Assembly (NCBI GenBank): GCA_000182565.2
Contig: KQ257454.1
Reading direction: 5' to 3' (one strand)
DNA length: 20,000 nucleotides
Source of the DNA: Spizellomyces punctatus DAOM BR117
Lineage: Eukaryota
Positions 9,771-20,000 of this stretch are shown here, in pieces. Each line of letters opens with the position of its first letter. Positions within the stretch are counted from its first letter, which is position 1. The position numbers were made by a program, and so were the translations under genes. The notes beneath the pieces were generated by a model. The model saw only the letters and a program-made list of their open reading frames with translations. It had not been told where the DNA came from and searched no databases.

Positions 9771-12700
9771 ATGCTGTCCAAATTCGAAACAAAGGTGAGC
9801 GACAGGACAAAATGCTTTAGTCGCCTTTGAAAGTTGGCAAGCTGACGATGACCACGATGCTCAGTCGAACAGAGTCAAAGGGTTGGCCTTTCACCCCAAG
9901 CGACCATGGATTCTGGCAGCGCTTCACAATGGTGCTATTCAGCTCTGGGACTACAAGATGGGAACGCTCATAGACCGGTTTGACGAACACGAAGGTAAAT
10001 ATTGAAGAACGCGCAGAGGATGAGTTCGGGGGGACTGTTGGTCCAGGCCGCTTTTCATGCTTTTGGTGCTTGCTGTGAAATGCAAAATGCTCACATTATG
10101 TGTTTGGAAATCATTGGCGCACATTCAAATGGCATTTGACATCTCTTGCTAGGTCCTGTGCGAGGAATTGCGTTCCACCACACTCAGCCTCTCTTCGTAT
10201 CCGGTGGGGACGATTACAAAATCAAAGTGTGGAATTGGAAAACGCGGAGATGTCTCTTTACCCTCAATGGCCACATTGACTATATTCGTACTGTCTTCTT
10301 TCACCATGAGAGTCCGTGGATCATCAGTGCATCTGATGATCAAACCATTCGTATATGGAATTGGCAGTCCCGGAATTGTATTTCTATTTTGACCGGGCAT
10401 AACCATTACGTTATGTGTGCGCAATTCCACCCCAAAGACGACCTGGTTGTTTCCGCCTCTTTGGATCAGACGATAAGAGTATGGGACATTTCAGGTATGG
10501 CACTGTAGAAACTGTCTCCGGAGACTTTTGAAAGCATCATATTAATTTTTCTTATTGCTGACAGGTCTCCGAAAGAAGCATGCCGCTGCGCCAAGTAGCA
10601 TCACTACCGATTATGAACATCGCCTGGGAGCTGCAGGCCAAGCTGATATCTTTGGCAACACGGACGCCATGGTGAAATACGTATTAGAAGGTCACGATAG
10701 AGGAGTCAACTGGGCAACCTTTCATCCAAATCTGCCGCTCATTGTCTCGAGTTCGGATGATCGAACTGTGAAGTTGTGGCGCATGAACGGTATGCAAGTC
10801 CTATAATAATTTAATGTGTCTCGTGCTTTGCTCACTTTAGCGACTACTGTAGAGACAAAAGCTTGGGAAGTGGATACCTGCCGTGGACATTACAACAACG
10901 TCTCGTCCGTATTGTTCCATCCTCGACAGGATCTCATCATTAGTGATTCTGAGGATAAGACAATACGGATATGGGACATGACGAAGAGGACTGCTTTGCA
11001 AACCTTCAGACGGGAGCACGACAGGTTCTGGATTCTTGCAGCGCATCCAGAGCTGAACTTGTTCGCAGCTGGTATGGACGAAGAATGCCAGTGTAACTCC
11101 ACGCTGGCTTAACCCCTCTGTTTAGGTCATGATAGCGGCCTAATCGTGTTTAAGCTTGAGCGTGAGAGACCGGCCCATGCAGTTCATCAGAACGTGCTAT
11201 ATTACGTGAAGGACAAATTTATTCGCTCTTACGATTTTTTGAGCTCGAATGACGTGCCAGTCATTACCATTCGCCGCGGCACTACTGCGCAAACAAGTCC
11301 TCCGCGGGCGCTTTCCTATAATCCGGCTGAGCACTGTGTTCTCATCACCACGGTATGTGATTTTACTTGCCATTGTACTGCCGTAACAACAATCATCAAC
11401 AAGACGCCGATTGCAGCCACAGGACGGTGGTTCGTATGAACTCTACAATTTGCCTAGAGGACAAGGAAGCGGAGAGTCTGTGGAGTCAAAGCGTGGTGTC
11501 GGTCAGTCAGCCATCTTTGTGGCCCGCAACCGGTTTGCGGTCCTCGATAAGCCAGGGCAGGTGGGTGTCAACTCGGCAACATTGTTAGGCCGATATCCTG
11601 CCTATTGATAGTCTTTGTTATGCACAGCAAATTTACATCAAAGATTTGAAAAACGAGACGGTGAAGCAGTTCAAACCGACTGTAACCGTGAACGACATCT
11701 ATTACGCCGGTGCCAAAAACATTCTGTTAATCACCTCAACTTCAGTTGTCCTCTATGATATTGAGCTTCGAACATCAGTTGCTGAACTAACTGTGAACGG
11801 CGTCCGATATGTGGTATGGTCTCCGGATATGTCTATGGTCGCATTCCTAAGCAAGCACAGTAAGTTTGGTTTGGTCTACTTCGCACTCTAAGAGCATTGC
11901 TAATGGATACGTGTCTCCAGCTATTGTCATTGCCAACAAGCAACTTGAGCAATTGTGCTTGATTCATGAGACCATTAAGATCAAGAGTGGTGCTTGGGAC
12001 GAAATTGGTGTGTTCCTCTACTCGACCTTGAATCACATCAAATATGCCTTGCCACAGGGGTAGGTTTGCTGTGGCGTCGATCGATCGAGATGTGTCTCTC
12101 ATGTTTGTTTTTGCTTTCAGCGACAATGGAATCATTCGTACTGTAGAGCAGCCAGTGTATCTGACAAAGGTTAAGGGAAAGAACGTCTCTTGCTTGGACA
12201 GGGACGGAAAGGTTCGCGCTATTGCAATCGACCCTACCGAGTACCGTTTCAAGCTGGCCTTAGTGCGCAAGAACTACAATGAGGTACTGCACCTCATTCG
12301 GACTTCCAATCTGGTCGGACAGTCCATTATCGCATACTTGCAGAAGAAAGGCTACCCCGAAGTACGTTACTCTATTCAATTAGCTCGCTAAGTATTCTTG
12401 TGCTCACTCCGTAACTTTTGAAAAGGTTGCCCTGCATTTTGTGAAGGATAATAAGACTCGATTTGATTTGGCCATTGAATGCGGTAATCTGGGCGTAGCC
12501 CTTGAGACGGCAAAAGCGCTTGATCGGGAAGAGTGCTGGCAGCAACTTGCGGCCGAAGCTCTCAAGCAAGGAAATCATCAGGTAGGTTTGTTGCAGTGAC
12601 CATGGGTCATTTCGGCCTCTGATCAACCTTTGCACATGTTAGGTTCTTGAGATGGCATATCAAAGGGTGAAGAACTTCGAACGTCTTTCGTTCCTTTACC

Positions 12701-14516
12701 TTGTTACGGGTAACGTGGATAAGCTGAAGAAGATGCTGAAGATCGCTGAAATGCGAAATGACACCATGTCGCGATACCATAATGCTTTATACCTTGGTGA
12801 CGTTGAAGAACAGATTCGGTTGCTCAAGGAAGTTGGACAGTGTGAGTTTTTCATGTTGTCTTAGTATATATCATCCATGCTGATCGATCACAATAGTGCC
12901 TCTGGCATATCTTGCAGCGCAAACACATGGGCTAACTGACGAGGCTGCCGAGATCCTTGCAGCCGCAGGATTGGATGCCCCACCCGCGGGAATCGCTCCC
13001 GGTCAGCTTCTGAAGACGCCAACGCCAATCCTGCGTCAGCAAGACTCGAATTGGCCCCATCTTCCTGTTGCGCGGAGCTTCTTCGAAGAAGGGCTACTTG
13101 GAGGTGCACCTGTAGCTAGTGCGACAAAGGTAGAAGATCAGGTTATGAAGGATGTCGCGGGCTGGGAGGATGCCGAGGACATTGATGTTGGAGCACGCCC
13201 AGGGCTCGAAGTAGAGAATGGTCAAATAGATATTGACGTTGGAGGTGGGGAGGGATGGGACTTTGAGGGAGATCTTGACATTCCTAGTGCTCCGCAAGGT
13301 GTACCGAGCGCCGCTTCAGAGACGGCCACAGGCTTTACACCTCCCACCGCGGGTACCAACTTTGCAGACCTCTGGGTTCGCAATTCGGCATTAGCCGCAG
13401 ATCACGCGGCTGCAGGGTCGTTCGAAACTGCCATGCAGGTAAGAATGCTATCACCCAATCAAGATGCACCAATAATTCGTGATTGACTTCTCTGCTTTAC
13501 AGTTGTTGAATAGGCAAATCGGTGCTGTTAATTTTGCATCCTTGAAACCCCTGTTTCTGACCATGTGGCAAGCGTCGAAAGCTTACATGCCTGCAAATGT
13601 ATCGCTGGCACCATTATCCCTACCGCTCCAGCGTCAGACAAAAAAGCAGCTTCCAGTGATCCCGTACACCCTTGGCGGTCTGCTCGGAAAGTTACAGGAG
13701 GCGTACGCGGCAACAACAAACGGAAGGTAGACATGGTATATTTGATCTGTTATTGCCAACGTGCTAACGTTGAGATCAGATTTTCAGATGCACTCAGTCT
13801 GTTCAAAACGATCCTCCAACACATTATCTTCACCGTGGTGGAGCGAGAGGAGGAGGCCACAGAGGTACATCAACCAAAGTTGTTGCTTGAATTTTCTGGT
13901 GCATGCTAAAACATATTTTTTTTTGAGATTCAACAGCTCATTGACACCTGCCGGGAATATGCACTAGGTTCACAAATGGAAATAGCGCGGAGGAATCTGA
14001 ACCAAGAGACGGATGCAAAACGGGTCATAGAGCTAGCGGCTTACTTTACCCACTGTCAATTACAGCCCGCCCATCTGCAATTTACTCTGCTTTCAGCAAT
14101 GGTATCTTGCTACAGAGCAAGGAATCTTGCATCCGCGCTAGTGTTTGCCCAACGCCTCCTTGAACTGAATCCAGCGCCCGGTCTTGCTCAAAAGGTTTGT
14201 GCAATTCCTTCATTTGATTCGTTTCCAAGCGACTTTTACTTAACCGCACGTTACATCATTTTCGTTTCAGGCGCGCAACATGCAAGCATATTGTGCCCAA
14301 AATAATCCAACAGATGCTATTCAAGTCGAGTACGATCAGCACAATCCGTTTGTGACATGCGCCATCTCATACACCCCCATCTACCGCAACAGTCCGTCCG
14401 TGCAATGCCCATACTGTCGGGCATCCTACAAGCCAGAATATAGTGGGGGGTTGTGTCAAGTATGTGAGATTTCCCAAATCGGGGCGACGGCTACTGGATT
14501 GAGGAACATGTTGTAG
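9771..14516 (+). CDS. COPA: Coatomer subunit alpha (alpha-COP), multi-exon
   Basis: [25 protein letters not shown]...[27 protein letters not shown]...[15 protein letters not shown]...[12 protein letters not shown]...[12 protein letters not shown]...[22 protein letters not shown]...[15 protein letters not shown]...CPYC...[18 protein letters not shown]. Confidence 0.98.
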
Positions 14517-14549
14517 GGCCAGAGTTGTTTGGGCGGTTTGGTGATCAAT

Positions 14550-14562
14550 CAGAGAGAGAGAG
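14550..14562. repeat. Short (AG)n microsatellite in the COPA 3' region
   Basis: AGAGAGAGAGAGA. Confidence 0.6.
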
Positions 14563-14928
14563 ATGGTGGAGGATGGCGGGGTCGCGCGTTGTCGACGTCA
14601 TATCTAGTGCTGTCGCGACAATTATTTCTAAAATATTTTGAAGGAAAGCTATGATTCTTAAAAAGCCCTATCAGATATAACTTGCTGGATGCGTGCACAG
14701 TTTTAAAGTGTCAAAGTGATCGTCCAAGCCACTCTTACGTGACTAGAGTTTGACGCGGTGTCCGACGCGCCCTCGCTTCCCAAGGTTCCCGCATTGAGTT
14801 GTTGAAACTGCGTCGACGCACTCCAGTCGGTCCGCTACTGACCATTTTAGGGCACGAGCAGTCAACCTAGATGAAAGAGAATTGAAGGAGAACTTTTGAA
14901 ATCCACTACATCTCCCGTTTGTCGGACC

Positions 14929-17388
14929 ATGTCCACCAGCGTCCCCGACACCAAAGTCGACAATGCCTCCCTTCAAAACATATTTCTAAGCAACAGACCT
15001 ACTTCCAACAACGAAGAAGATGACGCATGGGACGATGTTGAGCTTCCAGATGACGGGCTAGGAAATGATATCTTTGCAGAAGCTCCGCCCGATGAGTTAT
15101 TTGATGGAATGGGATGGGATGAGGATCCTGTGCTAGCCCTTGATGACCTTGGTGGGTCAGTAGAGTCTGGAGTCGGGGATATCAAGATGGAGACGGATGA
15201 GAGCAAAAGTGGAAAGGAGTGTGATTCTGTTACGGGTACAGGCCGTACTGGGGAGGATCTTGAGGATTTGGATCTGGATCTTGAAACTTTGGAGATTCCC
15301 GTTGCACAGAGTGAGACGCAACGTCATGAATTGGGTGGTGCGGATGCATTTGGGGGTATGGTGTGCGATTTGTCATTGTCGTTCAAGAACAAGTCCAAGG
15401 GGCCTATGCTGATTCCGGCGTGGGAGGGGACGACGTTTGATTTGCCTTTGGATTCAGCTGTTGCTGCGAGTCACCCGGATTTTGAGGGTCCGGANNNNNN
15501 NNNNNNNNNNNNNNNNNNNNNNNNNNNNNNNNNNNNNNNNNNNNNNNNNNNNNNNNNNNNNNNNNNNNNNNNNNNNNNNNNNNNNNNNNNNNNNNNGGTC
15601 AGCGCAAAAGCATCCAGCCGATAATAACTAGTGATATAGATCTATCTTTTGACGGGTGGAGCGATACGCTTAGTGTTTCACAAGGATCTTCCTTTTCAGA
15701 CCGTTTCCTGGCTAGTCCTACCCAAGTTCAACGGCCAGCATGATTGCCTCCGAGAGTGAAGACGAAGCTTTTGACGATATTGAATTTCCGGATTCAGTTG
15801 AAGCCTTGCGATTGGGGGCGTATCGACATACAGGACAGTCATCCGAGGTTGAAATGGATGGTGAAGATGATGCTGATGACCCATCAGCTGGGTTGGTCAT
15901 TCCCGATGATGGGACATTGCATCCCGGACGGCTAAAGGTGACTCCAATCGCTGGGCCTACACCTAGTCCGCGCGCTGCCTCACCTTCAAAGATACCGCGG
16001 CTAGTCCCAAGTGCATTCGTTTCTTCATACGTTCAAGCGGACATGCATGGAAAGCCAAAACCTTTGACCGGAACTTACATTAGCGGGCCAGATCGGAGAA
16101 CCGGTCCGTCCGCTCCGATATCCCCGTCACTGGGTCATATCCAGAGGCTGAGCTCGCAATTGATAAGTCAACGAAAGCTTCATGGGGACTCACCAACCAA
16201 GCTTATACGCAAACCCAAAGGTGCCCAGCAATATGGAGATGGGACAGAATTGGACACGTTTGATGATTTACCAGTCTCATCAACGACGGAGAACAAGTTT
16301 GTAAAAACGATAAAAGTTACACCAAAGATAAATCCTGCCAAACCTGTTCACAACACTTCTCTGAAACGGAGCTCGTCGAAAGCTGGGTCAATGGGCAGTA
16401 TCGTGTCCTCTCCTGGTAAGGTTCCAAGTCAAACTTCCATTATCCGTACATGTACTCAAGCTTGCAACTCTGCTTAGAAGAGCGCGAGAATAGACGACCG
16501 TACACAGCCGGAGGTCCCGTACACCATCGACCGAGTCAAACTTACCAGGACCGACGTCCACCGACTTCTCATAAAAGAGTACGTAAAAATGACTCGGGGG
16601 AAGGGATGAGTGCCAGAAAAATAAACCCTCCTTGTCTGCTTAGCGACCGCGAAAGAAGCCTACCCTCATACGCAACCTCAACAACAGTAATGCCGTAAAA
16701 GGTGACGACAATGTACGCCGCAAACCCAAGTTATAATATTCTTAACATTGGACCTTTTTGCAGTGGTGGGCGACATGGTCTACAACCCCGCCCTCCAAAA
16801 ATGGGAAGGCAATGAAGATGTCCTCGCCGAGTTTGATAAAGCGTTACCCTCACGTCCAGCCCTCATTACAAACAAAGGGGGATACAAAATGCCTCAAGTG
16901 GTCGGAAACATGGTGTTTGATCCGATCAAAATGTGTTGGGTGGGGAATGATGAGGAGGCGGATGTGTTTGCGGATATTTCGGATGATATGTCTGTTGTGA
17001 CGGAAATGGGTAGTGGTGGTGGGTAACCTGCTTTTCGTTTGTTGGATATTTCACTATGGGATTGAATAAGGTGTTTCATTTATAGGTTTCGTTCCCGAGC
17101 AAACGGAATTTAACTTGTCGAAAAGTTTCAAAGAAGCCATGTGCATTGCTGAATCGTCACATAAACTTTTTATGGGCAAGTGGTACCCAAAAGCTGTACT
17201 GGATAGTAGGACCATGATGCGGGATACGTCCAAAACGCACTTGTACGAAATTCGCTCGGTAAGTAGTTACCAAACATGTCAATATGGCGACTTGAATGGA
17301 TCTAATCGCCGTCATTCATTTTGTTGAACAGCATACGAACGGGGATCGGAGACCGAAATTAATGGGTCGGCATGCTATTTGGCGGTGA
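14929..17388 (+). CDS. byr4: Byr4/Bfa1-like two-component GAP scaffold (septation initiation / mitotic exit network); interrupted by an N gap and an apparent frameshift near 15720; last exon tentative
   Basis: Acidic N-terminus; YGDGTELDTFDDLP; KPTLIRNL; two repeats GDMVYNPALQKWEGNE and RPALITN...GNMVFDPIKMCW, characteristic of Byr4/Bfa1. Confidence 0.82.
15495..15596. other. Assembly gap (102 N)
   Basis: Run of N inside the byr4-like gene. Confidence 1.
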
Positions 17389-17681
17389 AATATTGGCAAG
17401 CAACAACACATGTTCGAGTAGTAGTTTTTTTATTGTGTAGATATTGTTAATTTCAAACATACTGGCTTTCGTGATCGATTCATGCTGGCATTGGCGGTAT
17501 CAGGTCAGGTATACCCGCCCGTTGCGCCCTGTTCCTCTGTGTCGACGACATTCAATTACATAGGCTATCATTCTCTCGAGTCTTGCATACAAGAAAGATT
17601 ACCACACTAAAAAATTCGTCAAAGCTATGTACAAAACCGCCTAACAACACACACTAGTCCATCATAAACGCTACACTTTTA

Positions 17682-19625
17682 CTAATCTACTCTACCCTTA
17701 TCCACAACAATCTCCTTCACATCTGCCTCATGAACAGTGGCCCCATCTCCTGCTGTACGTCCACGAGACTTGTCAAGAAGATAATTAACCCAAGACGGGT
17801 ACAAATCCTTCATTTCCTTTGGTCCCCACTCTTCTTTATTCTCAGCATCAGGAGGGACCCACCGGCCCTTTGAAGCTTTTTTCAAAAGCAGTAGGACGGT
17901 GTTGATGACAATGTAGGATCCAATACCGGCAATCAGGCCATATGCGATCGAGTAGGTGAGGGGCATGATGACGATGGTGAGAAAGGCGGGGATGGCGTCG
18001 GGAAGGTACTTGAAATTGATTTCGGAGAAAGCGGATTGGGCCATCATGGTGCCGACTAGAATGAGGGCGGGACCAGTCGACCACGGGGGAAATGAGGCAA
18101 AAATGGGAGCAAAAAACAGACTGCGAGAAATTGAAGGTTATGAAACAGGGAAACGCAACAACGAATGAACAATAAAATGTGTGGATTTCTTACCTGAGAA
18201 GGAAAAAGAAACTCGTAACAAGCGCCGTGATCCCTGTTCGTCCACCTTCCGCAATCCCAGCTCCACTCTCAATGAACGCGGTACTAGGTGACGTTCCCAG
18301 AACCGCACCCACGGTAATCGCCGTAGCATCCGACAAAAACGCCGGATAAGATCCATCAAAGTCCCCAGACTCATCCATGAATCCCGCATATTTGGCCATT
18401 GAAAACATGGTACCGGTCGTATCGAGAATATCCACGTACAAGAATGTAATGAGTGCCACCCAAACTTGACCGGATCCCAATGAAAAGTCGAGTGCACCGC
18501 CAATGTGACGAATACGAGGGACGTCGACTACTTTTTTAAAGTAGTCAAAGGCGTCATTTCCGGATGGAGTGTCTGGGAAAAAGGTCACTGGTGTATGACG
18601 GAACCAGGACACGGCGGAGATAAAGATGATGCCAATGAGGATGGATCCTTTTACCCGAAAGATTGTCAAAAAGGCAATGATGAGAAAACCAAGGATACCG
18701 AGCTGTAGCATGTAATATCAGTTTCTTAGTGTCAATACATTGAATCATTCTCTGGTATGTCGGAACGTACCCAAGTGTGACCGCCTTCCATATGATGTGC
18801 CAAGCACACTCCACCCTTCTTTTCACTCTCTGGACAACCCCCAAGGGCAACCAACGTAGCCCCATCCCCAGTGACAAGTCCAATTCCAGCAGAACTCTGC
18901 AACCCAATAAACGTCAAAAACAACCCAATACCAGCCGCGGATGCCGTTTTGATTGACATGGGAACAGCTTTCGTCAAGAGTTGACGTAACCCGAGAGCAG
19001 AGAGCACCAAGAAAATGATACCCTCGATAAACACGGCTGCCAAAGCGGTTTGGTATGAGACGTTACCGCTCCCGTGGAGTCCAACAACTTGGTAAGTAAA
19101 ATACGCTATGCAAAAAAAGCACCAACAGTTAAATCCCACCGTTAAACACCATCACGATAAAGCTTAACACGAACCATTCAACCCCAATCCAGGCGCAATC
19201 GCTAATGGCAGATTGGCAAACGTCCCCATAAGAAAGCATCCAATAACAGCAATCGCCGATGTAGCAGTGATCAAATCCTTTTTGATATCAGCCAGACAGA
19301 CGAGGTATTCTGGGTCCTGGAGACATACAGAAGGTGCACGAGGACTGCATCCGCATGTACCTCCGGAATCTGTAAGGATATTGGCATTGACCTAACAACC
19401 AAAAACACCGATTAATCAATCAAACTCATGTCTGATATGAAGGCATGGAGCGTAACGTACACTAATAATGTACGCCATCGTGACAAACGTTGCAAGACCC
19501 GCTCGCACTTCAGTCGTGAACCGTGTTCCCCTTCGTTCCTTGATTGCTCCCGATCCTTCGAGTTTGAACCATTTTCCTGCTCGGCTGGCTGCGATACGGG
19601 CATTCAACGTCTCCAACGCGCCCAT
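17682..19625 (-). CDS. azgA: AzgA-type adenine/guanine/hypoxanthine permease (NCS2/AzgA family), multi-exon
   Basis: [109 protein letters not shown]. Confidence 0.93.
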
Positions 19626-20000
19626 CGTTGCAACTTTGAACCTCTTATTTTGGCTTGAAAGGACGCTGATGGACGGCCTCTTTAAAAAGTGTAAAGTCAA
19701 GCAGTGTCTTGCATCTGTCCTTTTCTTTCCCCATTTTTTTTTCTTCCTTCCGCGGGTGGTAAGAAGAACTGATTGCTAATGTAAAACAAAAAGCGACAAG
19801 ACGCGCAGATAGTGTGAGATTGTCTAATCAACTTGAAATGTAACCATATTTGGATAGATTACCACTGCCGATCATTTCCGTGTCTTTCAGACATACCTCC
19901 TGGCAGAATAGATAACGAGCGAACGGATGGCAAGATATCAACATTTTCACAGTAATATAAATATGTAAAAGAATGCACATGTACACATGAAAAAAAGCAA

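Noticed and set aside
19626-19700. In-frame TTG-initiated N-terminal extension of AzgA
   Set aside because: An open frame of 25 codons is expected by chance, and the ATG at 19625 gives a typical N-terminus
1-20000. In-frame UGA/selenoprotein, CRISPR array, transposase or viral ORFs
   Set aside because: None seen; apparent internal stops are explained by GT-AG introns, apart from the byr4 frameshift reported above

Overview
Compact, intron-rich eukaryotic DNA (short GT-AG introns of about 55-80 nt, many with CTAAC/CTGAC-like branch points). The gene content (Byr4/Bfa1, Gep4, AzgA) is fungal, and my impression is an early-diverging, chytrid-like fungus (inference). The ORF track is fragmented by introns. 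Splicing by hand gives nine protein-coding genes and one tRNA gene: the 3' part of DCAF7/WDR68 (+), RPS27 (+), PPIL4 cyclophilin-RRM (-), Gep4 PGP phosphatase (+), pICln/CLNS1A (-), an intron-containing tRNA-Asp(GTC) (-), a single-HMG-box protein (-), alpha-COP (+), Byr4/Bfa1 (+; spans a 102-N gap and has an apparent frameshift) and an AzgA-type purine permease (-). The main unexplained feature is the 1.44-kb non-coding gap between PPIL4 and GEP4. It holds a series of nested long helices (one with a 17-bp perfect core, about 33 bp overall) followed by an Sm-site-like motif, so it is a candidate unannotated structured ncRNA. Other points of interest are the 530-nt structured first intron of RPS27, a hairpin between the convergent GEP4 and pICln 3' ends, and the orphan HMG gene.
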